From an uncultured Clostridia bacterium (GTDB lineage: Bacteria; Bacillota; Clostridia; Monoglobales; Monoglobaceae), in contig CANQBQ010000002.1 in assembly GCA_947589045.1 (NCBI GenBank), positions 76,915 to 140,914 of the forward strand: DNA of 64,000 bases, written 5' to 3'. Below the pieces are notes generated by a model, which saw nothing but the letters and a program-made list of their open reading frames with translations, was not told the origin of the DNA and searched no databases. Below, in pieces: positions 45,391 through 56,715 of the stretch. Every line of letters begins with the position of its first letter. Position 1 is the first letter of the stretch. Made by a program: the position numbers and the translations under genes.

Positions 45391-47418
45391 ATGCGAAAAA
45401 AAGACAAATTCCGTTCGGGCATTGAAGGATATGTGTTCGGAATGTCTTTCTGGGCGGTTGTCCACGCCGCGGTTTTGATTGTCCTCTCACTTTTTATATA
45501 TCCGTACAAAATGTATCTTTCGGCTGCGATGATCGGCGCCGCCATTGTGCTTTTTGCAATAGAGCAGTTTTTGATTATGCTGGCGCGAAAAAGCATTAAC
45601 GCATATCTTAAAACGCTGTCGTTTTGTATCGACAGCGAGTCGCGCCGCGCCGTTGTAAATCTCCCCGTACCGTCGTTTGCGGCGAGTATGAGCGGTAAGA
45701 TAGTATGGTACAACGATAGATTTGAAAGTACCCTCGGGCTGAAAAGCTGCATAGGCAAGCCGGTGTCCGAGATTTTGAAAGATGTTCAGATCACTCGCTT
45801 TGCCGAAAGCTCCGCCGAGGCATTGTATGACATTACGTTCGGCGAACGTGACTACAACGTGATAGGGCATCGCGCGGATCCTCCGTCCGACGCTTCGGGA
45901 CTTCCATCCGTGATTATATTTTATCTTATTGACAGGACGGATTATAACCGACTCAATATAAAATTTCAAAATGAGAAAACCGTGCAGTGTATAATTATGA
46001 TAGACAATTATGACGAGGCTTTGAGCGATATGCCCGACAGCCGCCACCGCTCTGTTACGGGAGAGATAGAGCAGGCTCTCAGTTCGTGGGTCAACGAGTA
46101 TAACGGCGTTTTGCTCGAATATGAAAAGGATAAGTTTTTTGCGTTTTTTGAAGCGGAAAATTTCAGAAAAATTGCGGACAGCAAGTTTTCGGTGCTTACA
46201 GATGTACGCAACATAGGAAATGAACACAAAATTCCGGTTACGCTCAGTATAGGCGTGGGTCTCGGCGGAGAGGGCATCGCGCAAAACGACGATTTGGCGC
46301 GTGTCGCCCTTGATATGGCTCTCGGACGCGGAGGCGACCAGGCTGTCGTAAACGACGGCGGAGCATTTAACTTCTACGGCGCAAAGTCGGGAGACGTTGA
46401 AAAGAGGACCCGCGTTAAGGTGAGAGTTGTGTCGCACGCCCTGCGCGACCTTATAGACCAGTCGGACAGAGTTATAATTATGGGACACAAACGCGCGGAT
46501 ATGGACTGTATCGGCGCGGCGGCGGGTCTTTACCGAGCGGTTGTAAACCGCGGACGCAAGGCGTATGTCCCGGTTAACAGGCATAACTGCAGTGCGCCCG
46601 AGCTCATCAAAATGTTTGAGGCTTCTCCCGAATACGACGGTATGTTCATATCGGGCGAGCAGGCGGAGGATTTATACGACGATAACACACTTGTAATCGT
46701 TGTGGACACCCACCGCCCCAGTATGGTTGAAAATCCGTCCTTGCTTGAAATGGCGACAAAAAATAAGAATGTGGTTCTGATAGACCACCATCGTAAGGGT
46801 CAGGAGTTTATAAGCAATCTTATTCTCTCGTATCACGAGCCGTACGCTTCATCGACTTGCGAAATGGTAGTTGAAATTTTGCAGTACATTCAGGAAAAGG
46901 AGCGGCTTACCAAAATTGAAGCCACCGCTCTTTACGCGGGTATGTTTATGGATACCAAGGGCTTTACAATGAGAACGGGCGTGAGAACCTTTGACGCGGC
47001 GTCGTATCTCAGACGTATGGGTGTTGATACGGTCGACGTAAAGCGTATGTTCAGAAGCGATTTGAAGGGGTATGTCAAAAAGTCGCAGGTTGTGGGCAAC
47101 GCCGAGATTTACCGCGACTTGATAGCGATTTCTTCGTTCCGCGGCGACAAGGAGGACTCATCTCTTATTGCCGCGCAGGCGGCGGATGAACTGCTTAATA
47201 TAAATAATATCGAGGCTTCGTTCGTAGCGGCGATAACCGACAATAAAATCGTTGTCAGCGGACGCTCTCTCGGTATGATAAATGTGCAGATAGTGCTTGA
47301 AAAGTTGGGCGGCGGCGGACATCAGAATATTGCCGGAGCGCAGTTTGAAAATGTGACTATCGTTGAGGTTATAAAAAATCTCAAAGAGGCGATTGATGAA
47401 GCGGTGCAGTTTGACTGA
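45391..47418 (+). CDS. gdpP: GdpP-type DHH/DHHA1 phosphodiesterase (c-di-AMP phosphodiesterase family)
   Basis: Two N-terminal TM helices and a PAS-like plus degenerate GGDEF region are followed by DHH motifs (GHKRADMDCIGAA, VVDTHRP, IDHHRKG) and DHHA1 GGGGHQNIAGAQ. It has the conserved position upstream of rplI-dnaB. ATG 45391 follows AAGGAGAGG. Confidence 0.9.
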   Translation: MRKKDKFRSGIEGYVFGMSFWAVVHAAVLIVLSLFIYPYKMYLSAAMIGAAIVLFAIEQFLIMLARKSINAYLKTLSFCIDSESRRAVVNLPVPSFAASMSGKIVWYNDRFESTLGLKSCIGKPVSEILKDVQITRFAESSAEALYDITFGERDYNVIGHRADPPSDASGLPSVIIFYLIDRTDYNRLNIKFQNEKTVQCIIMIDNYDEALSDMPDSRHRSVTGEIEQALSSWVNEYNGVLLEYEKDKFFAFFEAENFRKIADSKFSVLTDVRNIGNEHKIPVTLSIGVGLGGEGIAQNDDLARVALDMALGRGGDQAVVNDGGAFNFYGAKSGDVEKRTRVKVRVVSHALRDLIDQSDRVIIMGHKRADMDCIGAAAGLYRAVVNRGRKAYVPVNRHNCSAPELIKMFEASPEYDGMFISGEQAEDLYDDNTLVIVVDTHRPSMVENPSLLEMATKNKNVVLIDHHRKGQEFISNLILSYHEPYASSTCEMVVEILQYIQEKERLTKIEATALYAGMFMDTKGFTMRTGVRTFDAASYLRRMGVDTVDVKRMFRSDLKGYVKKSQVVGNAEIYRDLIAISSFRGDKEDSSLIAAQAADELLNINNIEASFVAAITDNKIVVSGRSLGMINVQIVLEKLGGGGHQNIAGAQFENVTIVEVIKNLKEAIDEAVQFD

Positions 47419-47461
47419 TACAGACTAAATACGAAATGTTAAAACCGAGGAGGTATAAATT

Positions 47462-47911
47462 ATGAAGGTAATTTTAACACAGGATGTAAAGTCGCAGGGC
47501 AAGAAGGGCGATTTGATAAACGTGAGCGACGGCTACGCGCGTAATTTTCTGCTTCGCCAGGGTCTTGCAAAAGAGGCTACAAAGCAGAATTTGGCAGAGC
47601 TTGAGGGCAAGAATGAGTCTGTCGCTTACCGAAAAAATCAGGAGGAACTGCGCGCTCAGGGCATATCCGAACGTTTGAAGGAAATAACCGTGAACATTTC
47701 CGCGAAGGCGGGCGCGGGCGGCAAGCTATTCGGCTCGGTTACTTCCAAGGACGTTGCGGAGGCGTTGAAGTCGCAGTTTAATATTGACATTGACAAGCGA
47801 AAAATAGAGCTTGCGGACGGAGGAATTAAGACCCTCGGCGTAACGACCGTCAGGGTAAACCTCTATCCGAAGATAAAGGGAGAATTTAAGGTTAACATAA
47901 CCGAAGCATAA
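47462..47911 (+). CDS. rplI: 50S ribosomal protein L9
   Basis: [30 protein letters not shown], 149 aa. Confidence 0.95.
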   Translation: MKVILTQDVKSQGKKGDLINVSDGYARNFLLRQGLAKEATKQNLAELEGKNESVAYRKNQEELRAQGISERLKEITVNISAKAGAGGKLFGSVTSKDVAEALKSQFNIDIDKRKIELADGGIKTLGVTTVRVNLYPKIKGEFKVNITEA

Positions 47912-47924
47912 ATTGGAGCTGAGT

Positions 47925-49301
47925 ATGGATAACTTAAACACAGCAAACGAAACAGGAATTGAATTTGAAAACGAAATGCCTTATGAGCGTGCTATGCCGT
48001 TCAGCGCCGAAGCGGAGCAGTCGGTCCTCGGCGCTATGTTTCTTGACCAGCAGTGCATACCGAGGGTTTTGAAGCACATAAACGCGAACGACTTTTATTC
48101 GCCGCGCAACAGAGAGCTTTTTGAGGCAATACTTGATTTATATAACCTCGGATTGCCGGTCGATATAGTTACGCTTAAAGAGCATTTGGTTTTGCGCGGT
48201 ACCTTTGAAAAGGTCGGCGGCATACGCTTTGTGATGGATGTGGCAAATTTTGTTCCGACCACCGAAAATGCGGAGTATTACGCCAAGGTGGTTGAGGAAA
48301 AGTCGGTGCTGAGACGGCTTATAAAGTCGTCGGGCGATATTGCGGAGGCGTGTTATCGGGGTACCGATGAGCTGGAGACAATTCTTGCCGTCGCGCAGAA
48401 TAAAATACAGGACATTTCCGAGGGCAGAGACAGCAGCGGACTTGAACATATAGGCAGATATGTACATGACAGCATTGACCGTATTGACGCCATTTCAAAA
48501 GGAAATGAGGAAAAGGTGGTCAAAACCGGTTTTATTGATGTGGACAAGCGGACTGCGGGACTGCACAACGGAAATCTTATTTTTATAGCCGCGCGTCCCG
48601 GAATAGGAAAGTCTAGCTTTATGCTCAATATAGCGCATAACGTGGCAGTACATGAAAAAGTGCCGGTTGCGATTTTCAGCCTTGAAATGCAGGGTATAGA
48701 GATTGCAAACCGTATGCTGTCCTCCGCGTCGCAGGTGAGTATGGAAAGTATTAAGCGCGGCGACATAAAGGACAAGGATTGGGTTGCGCTCAGCAAGGCG
48801 GTCAGCGTGCTTTCGGACGCTCCGATATACATTGACGACACCTCGCTTATAAATATCAGCGAAATTACGGCAAAATGCCGCAAACTGAAACACGAAAAGG
48901 GCTTGGGGCTTATATGTATAGACTATCTCCAGCTTATGACCGGCAACAGGCGCGACGGAAACCGTCAGCTTGAAATTTCGGAGATGTCCCGTTCTCTGAA
49001 AATTCTTGCCAAAAATCTGGACGTACCTATCATTGTTTTGTCGCAGCTCAACCGTGATTTGGAGAAGCGCAAGGAACACAAACCAATGCTTTCCGACCTC
49101 AGAGAGTCGGGCTCGATAGAGCAGGATGCGGATGTGGTTATGTTTTTGTATAAGGACTCCGAATACAACGAGGAAACCGAAAATCCGAACAAGGTCGAGT
49201 GCATTTTCGCCAAGCACCGAAACGGCGAGACGGGAAGCGAATACCTGACCTGGCTCGGCGAATATACCAAGTTTTCAAATTGGAGTGGCAACCGTGAATA
49301 G
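47925..49301 (+). CDS. dnaB: replicative DNA helicase
   Basis: PFSAEAEQSVLGAMF, Walker A ARPGIGKSSF, and LSQLNR...SDLRESGSIEQDAD. ATG 47925 follows GGAG. Confidence 0.93.
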   Translation: MDNLNTANETGIEFENEMPYERAMPFSAEAEQSVLGAMFLDQQCIPRVLKHINANDFYSPRNRELFEAILDLYNLGLPVDIVTLKEHLVLRGTFEKVGGIRFVMDVANFVPTTENAEYYAKVVEEKSVLRRLIKSSGDIAEACYRGTDELETILAVAQNKIQDISEGRDSSGLEHIGRYVHDSIDRIDAISKGNEEKVVKTGFIDVDKRTAGLHNGNLIFIAARPGIGKSSFMLNIAHNVAVHEKVPVAIFSLEMQGIEIANRMLSSASQVSMESIKRGDIKDKDWVALSKAVSVLSDAPIYIDDTSLINISEITAKCRKLKHEKGLGLICIDYLQLMTGNRRDGNRQLEISEMSRSLKILAKNLDVPIIVLSQLNRDLEKRKEHKPMLSDLRESGSIEQDADVVMFLYKDSEYNEETENPNKVECIFAKHRNGETGSEYLTWLGEYTKFSNWSGNRE

Positions 49302-50676
49302 TTTGGAGCGCGTCAGAGGCACCATTGAAAAATTTAATATGATTGAGCGCGGCGAAAATATTGCGGTCGCGCTGTCGGGCGGAGCAGACAGCGTAAGCCT
49401 TTTGCACATTTTAAACGAACTGTCGGGCAGAATGGGATTTGGGCTGTGTGCGGTACACTTAAATCACCAAATTCGCGGCAAGGAGGCGGACGAGGACGAA
49501 GCGTTCGTCTGCAGTCTTTGCAAGGATATGGGAATACGCTGTATCACGGCTTCGGCGGACGTCCCCGCTCTTGCAAAGCAGAGGGGCGAGAGCCTCGAAC
49601 AGGCGGGACGCGAGGCAAGGTATGCCCTGTTTGCCCATATAATACGCGAGAAAAAGGCTGACAAGGTGGCTACGGCGCATAATATGAATGACCGCGCAGA
49701 AACGGTTTTGATGAGAATATTGCGCGGGAGCGGTCTGGACGGGCTTGCGGGGATTAAGCCAGTGCGGGAGGACGGGATAATTCGCCCGCTCCTTTATGTG
49801 CCTCGTGCCGAGATTGAAAAATATTGCTCCGAAAACGGGCTTGACTATCGAACCGACAGCACAAATTCGGACAATGATTATACTCGTAACAAAATAAGAA
49901 ACGAGCTTATTCCGACTCTTGAGAGAGAGTTCAATCCTTCGGTGGTCGAAACGCTTGCGGGGCTTGCGGAGAATGTTTGCGGCGACGCGGAATTTTTGGA
50001 CGGCTATGCGAGGCGTTTGTATCGCGCTATGAAAAATCCTCTGCCGTCGGGCAAACCGGTATGCTTGCATATTGAGTCGCTGAAAATGATTGATGCGTCG
50101 ATTGCCCGCAGGCTTTTTGCGATAGCGGCGGAAGATGCGTTGGATAAAAATCCCGAGCTTGAGAGGGCGCATTACGACGCGCTTTTCGCTCTGCTTGAAA
50201 AGCAGACGGGAAGCCGCACGGATTTGCCCCATTCGCTTCATGCCGTCGTAAATTACGGCTGGCTCGCATTTGAAACCGAGGACGCGGACGAGAGCCTTGA
50301 GTTTGAATTTGAAGCGGAGGTCGGCGGGGTATATGCAATACCCGAATTTAATATAAGGATTTCGCTTGAGGAGCGTCCGAGCGGTTATAAGGCGAAGTCG
50401 GGCGAAAGCTTGCTGGACTTGGACAAGCTGACGCTCCCTCTTAAGATACGAAGTCGCCGAAAGGGTGACAAAATAGTTATGTTTAAAGACGGCAGAGAAA
50501 AGAAGCTGAAGAGCTTTTTTATAGACGCTAAAATACCGAGAAGCGAGAGAGATAAAATTCCTCTGCTTGTTTCGGGCGGAGAAATTGCGGCAGTGATTGG
50601 TATGCGCGCGTCCGAAAAATTTAAGGCGGATAAAAATACAAAAAGATTGTTGGGTGTTTTGTATGAGCGAGTATAA
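49285..50676 (+). CDS. tilS: tRNA(Ile)-lysidine synthetase
   Basis: PP-loop VALSGGADSVSLL, HLNHQIRG and TAHNMNDRAETVLMR. The GTG start overlaps the dnaB stop by 17 nt. Confidence 0.9.
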   Translation: MATVNSLERVRGTIEKFNMIERGENIAVALSGGADSVSLLHILNELSGRMGFGLCAVHLNHQIRGKEADEDEAFVCSLCKDMGIRCITASADVPALAKQRGESLEQAGREARYALFAHIIREKKADKVATAHNMNDRAETVLMRILRGSGLDGLAGIKPVREDGIIRPLLYVPRAEIEKYCSENGLDYRTDSTNSDNDYTRNKIRNELIPTLEREFNPSVVETLAGLAENVCGDAEFLDGYARRLYRAMKNPLPSGKPVCLHIESLKMIDASIARRLFAIAAEDALDKNPELERAHYDALFALLEKQTGSRTDLPHSLHAVVNYGWLAFETEDADESLEFEFEAEVGGVYAIPEFNIRISLEERPSGYKAKSGESLLDLDKLTLPLKIRSRRKGDKIVMFKDGREKKLKSFFIDAKIPRSERDKIPLLVSGGEIAAVIGMRASEKFKADKNTKRLLGVLYERV

Positions 50677-51196
50677 AGTCGTAAAAACAATGTTTACAAA
50701 GGAGCAAATCGCGCAAAGGGTCGCTGAACTGGGAGAGAAAATCTCGCAGGACTATAAGGGGCAAAAGCTGATTATGGTAGGCATTTTAAAGGGCTGCTTT
50801 GTGTTTATGTCCGACTTGTGCCGACAGGTTCACGATGTTGACGTCAGGACGTTTTTTATGCAGGCGTCAAGCTACGGAGCATCGACCGCCTCCAACGGCA
50901 ACGTGCGGATAGTGCAGGATTTGGAGATAGACATTTCGGATGAAAACGTCCTTATAGTGGAGGATATTCTCGACAGCGGACACACGCTGTCATATATCCG
51001 AAAGCTCCTTGCCGACCGCGGCGCAAAAAGCGTTAAAATATGCACCATATTCAGCAAACCCGCGCGGCGTAAGGTGAATATCGACGCCGATTATGTGGGC
51101 TATGAAATACCCGACGAATTTGTTGTGGGTTACGGGCTGGACGCTGCCGAGCAGTATCGAAATCTGCCATATCTCGGAGTTGTAGAAGAGGTCTGA
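50663..51196 (+). CDS. hpt: hypoxanthine phosphoribosyltransferase
   Basis: VLIVEDILDSGHTLSY is the PRPP motif, and VGYGLDAAEQYRNLPYLG is also present. Conserved tilS-hpt order. ATG 50663 overlaps the tilS end. Confidence 0.92.
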   Translation: MSEYKVVKTMFTKEQIAQRVAELGEKISQDYKGQKLIMVGILKGCFVFMSDLCRQVHDVDVRTFFMQASSYGASTASNGNVRIVQDLEIDISDENVLIVEDILDSGHTLSYIRKLLADRGAKSVKICTIFSKPARRKVNIDADYVGYEIPDEFVVGYGLDAAEQYRNLPYLGVVEEV

Positions 51197-51241
51197 GTTT
51201 ACATAAATTTAAAATGACATTTTAAAGAAAGGTTGATTATT

Positions 51242-52438
51242 ATGGATATGAAGTCTAAGTTTTCGGAAAAGGTAAAGCATCTCGAAGCGTCGGCAATACG
51301 TGAGATGTTCAAGCTGATGATACGCCCCGAAATAATTTCGTTTGCGGGCGGCTCGCCCGCGTCTGAGCTTTTCCCGAAGGACGAGCTTGCCGAGATTGCA
51401 AAGGATATATTGCAAAATAACAGCGGCGTCGCGCTTCAATACGGCGTTACCGAGGGATACGCGCCGCTTGCCGAGTGGGTTGAGAAGCGCCTTGATAAGG
51501 CGGGCATTGTCCACGATACCGACAGCATTATAATCGTCAGCGGAGGACAGCAGGGAATTGACCTTGCGGCTAAGTCGCTGCTGAATGCGGGTGACGGTGT
51601 GGTTTGCGAGGAGCCGTCGTTTATCGGCGGACTCAATTCGTTCCGCTCGTATAATGCCGAGATTTACGGCGTTGGAATGGAGGACGACGGAATTGATACC
51701 GATGAGCTTGAAAAAACTTTAAAGGCGCACCCGAACATCAAGGTTTTATATACCATAGCGACTTTCCAGAACCCGACGGGTATAACGATGTCGCTCGAAA
51801 AGAGAAAAAAGGTGCTGGAGCTTGCAGAAAAATACGACTTTATAATTTTTGAGGACAATCCGTACGGAGAGCTGAGATTTGCGGGAGAGGACATACCGAC
51901 GATAAAATCGCTCGATACATACAACCGCGTGGTGTATTTCGGCTCGTTCTCAAAAATTCTTGCGCCGGGTCTCAGACTGGGCTTTAGCTGTGCCGACAAG
52001 TATCTGACCGACAGAATGGTGGTATGCAAGCAGGTGCAGGACGTTCATACAAGCCTTTTGCCGCAGATGCTGGCGTATGAGTTTGTTACCCGCTATTCTA
52101 TCGATGAGCATATATCAAAGCTCAGAAAGGTTTACGGAAGCCGTTGCCGCCTTATGATAGACTGTATGGAAAAGTATTTTCCGAAGTGCATAACCCACAC
52201 CAATCCGCAGGGCGGCTTGTTCCTGTTCTGCACAATGCCGGACGGCTATGACACAAAAATAATTATGCAGAAGGCGGTTGAGCAGAACGTGGCGTTTGTT
52301 CCGGGAGCGACCACAATGATTGATATAAGCAAAACGTACAGCACATTCAGAATGAACTATTCCGCGTCCAACGAGGAAAAAATCGAGACGGGAATAAAGC
52401 GTCTGGGCAAGGTGCTGTACGATACGATTGGAGAATAA
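51242..52438 (+). CDS. PLP-dependent aminotransferase (class I/II fold; 2-aminoadipate/aromatic aminotransferase-like)
   Basis: About 398 aa with ASAIREMFKLM, FQNPTG and FGSFSKILAPGLRLG (PLP Lys). Confidence 0.85.
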   Translation: MDMKSKFSEKVKHLEASAIREMFKLMIRPEIISFAGGSPASELFPKDELAEIAKDILQNNSGVALQYGVTEGYAPLAEWVEKRLDKAGIVHDTDSIIIVSGGQQGIDLAAKSLLNAGDGVVCEEPSFIGGLNSFRSYNAEIYGVGMEDDGIDTDELEKTLKAHPNIKVLYTIATFQNPTGITMSLEKRKKVLELAEKYDFIIFEDNPYGELRFAGEDIPTIKSLDTYNRVVYFGSFSKILAPGLRLGFSCADKYLTDRMVVCKQVQDVHTSLLPQMLAYEFVTRYSIDEHISKLRKVYGSRCRLMIDCMEKYFPKCITHTNPQGGLFLFCTMPDGYDTKIIMQKAVEQNVAFVPGATTMIDISKTYSTFRMNYSASNEEKIETGIKRLGKVLYDTIGE

Positions 52439-52450
52439 GGAGGTTTTTAT

Positions 52451-53458
52451 ATGGAAAATGCACAGAAAAAGAGAATTTTAAGCGGGATACAGCCGTCGGG
52501 CAGGCTTACCCTCGGCAACTATATCGGGGCGCTCCGCAACTGGGTAAAGCTCCAGGACGAGGATGAATACGAGTGCTTTTATATGATTGCGGATTTGCAC
52601 TCAATCACGGTTCGTCAAGACCCCAAGCTGCTTCGTAAAAATTCGCTTGACATCCTTGCACTTTATATGGCGTGCGGAATTGACGTAAATAAAAATCCGA
52701 TATTTTTCCAGTCACACGTTCCCGAGCACACTCAGCTCGGCTGGGTGCTTGACTGTTATACCTATATGGGCGAGCTGTCGCGTATGACCCAGTTTAAGGA
52801 TAAGTCCAAAAGGCACGCGGATAACATAAACGCAGGTCTTTTCACATACCCTTCGCTTATGGCGGCGGATATACTGCTGTATCAGGCGGATTTGGTACCC
52901 ACGGGTCAGGACCAGAAGCAGCATATCGAGCTTACGCGTGATATTGCGATACGCTTTAACAACACGTACAGCGAGACATTTAAGGTTCCCGAACCGTATA
53001 TTCCCAATGTGGGAGCTAATATTATGAGCTTGCAGGACCCGACGCACAAGATGTCAAAGTCAGACCCGAACGAAAACGCGTATATATCGCTTCTTGACGA
53101 TATTGACAAGTCGGTTAAGAAGATAAAGCGCGCGGTCACCGACAGCGGCTCGGAGGTAAGACGCGGCGAAGGAAAAGCGGGCATAGAAAATCTTATGAGC
53201 ATATATTCTGCGACGACAGGTAAGACGATGGACGAAATCGAGGCTGAGTTTGACGGACACGGATACGGCGATTTTAAAGCCGCGGTAGCGGAGGCGGTAG
53301 CCGAAACCCTGCGCCCCATTCACCAAAAGTACAATGAACTGATTGCGGATAAGGAATATTTAAAGAGCGTCTATCGCTCCGGCGCGGAGCGCGCTTCTTA
53401 TGTGGCGCGTAAAACCGTTTCCAAGGTTTACCGAAAGGTGGGCTTTACCGAGCCGTAA
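52451..53458 (+). CDS. trpS: tryptophan--tRNA ligase
   Basis: [18 protein letters not shown] (HIGH region) and KMSKS (HKMSKSD), 335 aa. Confidence 0.95.
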   Translation: MENAQKKRILSGIQPSGRLTLGNYIGALRNWVKLQDEDEYECFYMIADLHSITVRQDPKLLRKNSLDILALYMACGIDVNKNPIFFQSHVPEHTQLGWVLDCYTYMGELSRMTQFKDKSKRHADNINAGLFTYPSLMAADILLYQADLVPTGQDQKQHIELTRDIAIRFNNTYSETFKVPEPYIPNVGANIMSLQDPTHKMSKSDPNENAYISLLDDIDKSVKKIKRAVTDSGSEVRRGEGKAGIENLMSIYSATTGKTMDEIEAEFDGHGYGDFKAAVAEAVAETLRPIHQKYNELIADKEYLKSVYRSGAERASYVARKTVSKVYRKVGFTEP

Positions 53459-53501
53459 TCTATTCGGCGGAATATCGGGAAATTCAGGCGGAGGAATTTA
53501 T

Positions 53502-54656
53502 ATGTATATAAGTGATAATGTTTTTATAATACTTACGGTGGTCGTGGCGTTTTTGCTGTCGTTTTCGGCAACTCCCGTGACGATTGCGCTTGCAAAAAAA
53601 ATCAATGCGGTTGCGGTTCCGGGCGGACGAAATATACATAAGCACGTTACGCCGCGCATCGGAGGTCTGGCTATATTTTACGGCTTTATAGTAGCCGTGT
53701 TGTGCTTCGGTACGATTGACGCGGAGATAATGGGAATACTCATCGGCGCAGTAATAGTGGTTACGGTGGGCTTTATAGACGATATCTCCAACCTTCGCGC
53801 CATATATAAGCTGTTTGGTCAGATTGTAGCCGCCGTGTTTACGGTATTGGTCAGCGTTAAGTTCGGCGACGGCGGAAGCGGCGGCGTTCTTATAGAGAGA
53901 TTTTTAATCCCGTTCTCTAACGGACATTACATTCATTTCGGAGTGTGGTCGATACCGATAACCGTTATATGGATAGTGGGCGTTACCAATGCGGTCAATC
54001 TTATAGACGGGCTCGACGGCTTGGCGGTCGGAGTGTCGTCCATTGCGTCTATGTCGCTTCTTGCGATGCTTGTAATTGTGTCGGGTGACCTCAACATTGG
54101 CATACTCATAGCAGCTCTTATCGGAGCGGGATTTGGATTTTTGCCGTACAACTTTAACCCCGCCAAGACCTTTATGGGAGACACCGGCTCAAACTTTCTC
54201 GGATTTATGCTCGCCTGCGTTTCGGTTATGGGAGTTATGAAAACCTACGCGCTCATATCCTTCGCGGTGCCGATTTTGGTACTCGGACTTCCTATTTTCG
54301 ACACCTCGTTTGCTATACTCAGACGATTTTTTACGGGCAAGCCCATTATGGCTCCCGACAGAGGTCATCTTCACCATAGGCTTCTGGATATGGGATTTTC
54401 GCAAAGGCAGACCGTCGCAATCCTTTATACGATGACCGCGCTTCTTTGTATGACCGCCGTGGTTATGTCGGTAAACAGCGACAGAACGCTTCTCAACGGT
54501 GCGTTCCGCGGATTTATGCTCGTCGCGTCGGTTTTGGTACTGCTTGTGGCTCTGGCGGCTCTTATGGCTTCCAAAAACAAGGGCGAAAATGATGTCGCAA
54601 ATTTGCTGAACTCAGAAAATATAACCGAAGAGGGAGAAGACAATGAGAAAGATTAA
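53502..54656 (+). CDS. undecaprenyl-phosphate GlcNAc-1-phosphate transferase family (TagO/WecA-like, glycosyltransferase family 4)
   Basis: Polytopic membrane protein with NAVNLIDGLDGLA and FMGDTGSNFLGF motifs. ATG 53502 follows GGAGGA. The track start at 53400 overlaps trpS. Confidence 0.88.
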   Translation: MYISDNVFIILTVVVAFLLSFSATPVTIALAKKINAVAVPGGRNIHKHVTPRIGGLAIFYGFIVAVLCFGTIDAEIMGILIGAVIVVTVGFIDDISNLRAIYKLFGQIVAAVFTVLVSVKFGDGGSGGVLIERFLIPFSNGHYIHFGVWSIPITVIWIVGVTNAVNLIDGLDGLAVGVSSIASMSLLAMLVIVSGDLNIGILIAALIGAGFGFLPYNFNPAKTFMGDTGSNFLGFMLACVSVMGVMKTYALISFAVPILVLGLPIFDTSFAILRRFFTGKPIMAPDRGHLHHRLLDMGFSQRQTVAILYTMTALLCMTAVVMSVNSDRTLLNGAFRGFMLVASVLVLLVALAALMASKNKGENDVANLLNSENITEEGEDNEKD

Positions 54657-55770
54657 GGTAATGACAATTTTCGGCACAAGGCCCGAAGCTATAAAGATGG
54701 CGCCGCTCGTCAAAGAGCTTGAAGCGCATTCGGATAAAATAGAAACGATAGTTTGTATCACGGCGCAGCACAGACAGATGCTCGACCAGGTGCTTGAAAT
54801 TTTCGACATAGAGCCGGATTATGACCTTAATATAATGAAGGACAGGCAGACCCTTATCGGAATAACCACCAGAGGGCTTGAGGGGCTTGACGGCGTTATG
54901 AAAGAAGCGCAGCCCGATATTGCGCTCGTTCACGGAGATACCACGACCACGTTTGTCGGAAGTCTTGCCGCCTTTTACAATAAAATCAAGGTTGGACACG
55001 TCGAAGCCGGACTTCGTACATTCGACAAATATTTCCCGTACCCCGAAGAAATTAACAGGCGTTTGACGGGAGTGATTTCGGATATGCATTTTTCGCCGAC
55101 CGAGCGAAACAGGCAGAACCTGCTTCGCGAGGGAGTGTCTGACGACGATATATATGTGACCGGAAATACTGTTATCGACGCGCTGAAAACCACGGTGCGC
55201 GACGATTACGAGTTTAAGTGTGAGGAGCTTCGCACGGTCGATTTTGAGAATAAAAAGGTTATAGTTATGACCGCGCACCGACGCGAAAATCTTGGCAAGC
55301 CGCTGGAGAATATCTGCCTTGCGGTTCGCGATTTGGCTGAAAAGTACGGCGGCGAAATTGAGGTTGTGTACCCCGTGCATTTAAACCCCGCGGTAAGGGA
55401 CACGGCGTTTTCGATACTTGGTAAAACAAACAACGTAAAGCTTATCGACCCTGTAAACGCCGACGAGCTTCACAATGCAATAAAGAGAGGCTATCTTGTG
55501 CTGACCGATTCGGGCGGACTTCAGGAGGAAGCTCCGTCGCTCGGAAAGCCGGTGCTCGTGCTTCGCAACGAGACCGAGCGCCCCGAGGCAGTCGAGGCGG
55601 GAACGGTTAAAATCGCGGGCGTTGACCATGATACTATTTTCAAAATGGCGTGTGAGCTTATAGATAATAAAGACGAGTACAAAAAGATGGCGAGAGCCGT
55701 CAATCCCTACGGCGACGGCTTTGCTTCAAAGCGAATAGTAAAAGCGATAATCGACAGATTTGAAAAATAA
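54643..55770 (+). CDS. wecB: UDP-N-acetylglucosamine 2-epimerase (non-hydrolysing)
   Basis: MRKIKVMTIFGTRPEAIKMAPL, HVEAGLRT and TDSGGLQEEAPSLGKPVLVLR. Confidence 0.93.
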   Translation: MRKIKVMTIFGTRPEAIKMAPLVKELEAHSDKIETIVCITAQHRQMLDQVLEIFDIEPDYDLNIMKDRQTLIGITTRGLEGLDGVMKEAQPDIALVHGDTTTTFVGSLAAFYNKIKVGHVEAGLRTFDKYFPYPEEINRRLTGVISDMHFSPTERNRQNLLREGVSDDDIYVTGNTVIDALKTTVRDDYEFKCEELRTVDFENKKVIVMTAHRRENLGKPLENICLAVRDLAEKYGGEIEVVYPVHLNPAVRDTAFSILGKTNNVKLIDPVNADELHNAIKRGYLVLTDSGGLQEEAPSLGKPVLVLRNETERPEAVEAGTVKIAGVDHDTIFKMACELIDNKDEYKKMARAVNPYGDGFASKRIVKAIIDRFEK

Positions 55771-55792
55771 AAAAAGGGCATTAGCCCTTTTT
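55771..55792. terminator. bidirectional terminator between wecB and metA
   Basis: AAAAAGGGC (55771-55779) / GCCCTTTTT (55784-55792) with loop ATTA. It overlaps the metA stop codon. Confidence 0.75.
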
Positions 55793-56715
55793 TATTTTAC
55801 GTCGTCGATATTGTAAGGCGTGGTCTGATACACAAAGTAATTCAGCCAGTTGCAAAAAAGCAGATTTGAGTGCGCGCGCCATAAATCTATCGGCGGATTT
55901 TTCGGGTCGTCGTCCGGAAAATAATTTTTCGGGACGGCGGTGTCAAGACCGCTGTTTCGGTCGCGGAAATATTCAGCTGCGAGAGTGTTGCGGTCGTATT
56001 CCGAATGACCCGTCACAAAGAACATCTTGTCATTTTTGGCGGTTATTATATATATTCCCGCCTCGTCGGACTTGGCGAGTATTTCAAGCTCGGGAATTTT
56101 TTTAATATCCTCCTCGCGCACCTCTGAGTAGCGTGAGTGCGGAGCGTAGAAAACGTCATCAAAGCCCCTTAAAAGTATTTTGTGACGCTTTTCGGGAACG
56201 ACGCTGTGCTTGAACACGCCGAATAATTTTTGCGGCAGGGGGTACTTGGGTATTTTAAAATGATAATAAAGAGCCGCCTGCGCGCCCCAGCATATATGAA
56301 ACGTGGAGGTTACGTTGCTTTTTGACCATTCCATTATCTCGCAAAGCTCGTCCCAGTATTCCACTTCCTCAAACTCCAAATTTTCCACCGGCGCGCCGGT
56401 TATTACCAGACCGTCGAATTTCTTATTCTTTATATCGTCGAACGTCTGATAAAAAGCCTGAAGGTGGTCTTCCGAAGTATTTTTGGATTTATATGTCCTC
56501 GTTCTTATAAAATGCGCGTTTATTTGAAGCGGAGTGTTTCCGAGAACGCGCATAAGCTGGGTCTCGGTGACTATCTTTGTGGGCATCAGGTTCAAAATTA
56601 CTATTTCGAGAGGACGTATATCCTGCGAAATAGCGCGCTTTTCCGTCATAACAAAAATATTCTCTTTTTCAAGAATGTCAATCGCGGGCAGATTGTCCGC
56701 CACTTTTATCGGCAC
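55792..56715 (-). CDS. metA: homoserine O-acyltransferase (MetA family)
   Basis: [46 protein letters not shown] and [11 protein letters not shown] prefer GTG 56715 (AAGAGG 8 nt upstream), giving MPIKV. Confidence 0.92.
   Translation of the reverse strand: MPIKVADNLPAIDILEKENIFVMTEKRAISQDIRPLEIVILNLMPTKIVTETQLMRVLGNTPLQINAHFIRTRTYKSKNTSEDHLQAFYQTFDDIKNKKFDGLVITGAPVENLEFEEVEYWDELCEIMEWSKSNVTSTFHICWGAQAALYYHFKIPKYPLPQKLFGVFKHSVVPEKRHKILLRGFDDVFYAPHSRYSEVREEDIKKIPELEILAKSDEAGIYIITAKNDKMFFVTGHSEYDRNTLAAEYFRDRNSGLDTAVPKNYFPDDDPKNPPIDLWRAHSNLLFCNWLNYFVYQTTPYNIDDVK

Noticed and set aside
50597-50662. Upstream in-frame extensions of several ORFs in the track (hpt 50597, tagO-like 53400, rpsU 57758, yqeY 57949, gdpP 45295, spoIVA 512)
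   Set aside because: In each case an internal ATG with a good RBS yields the conserved N-terminus of the family. The extension overlaps the preceding gene or a promoter.
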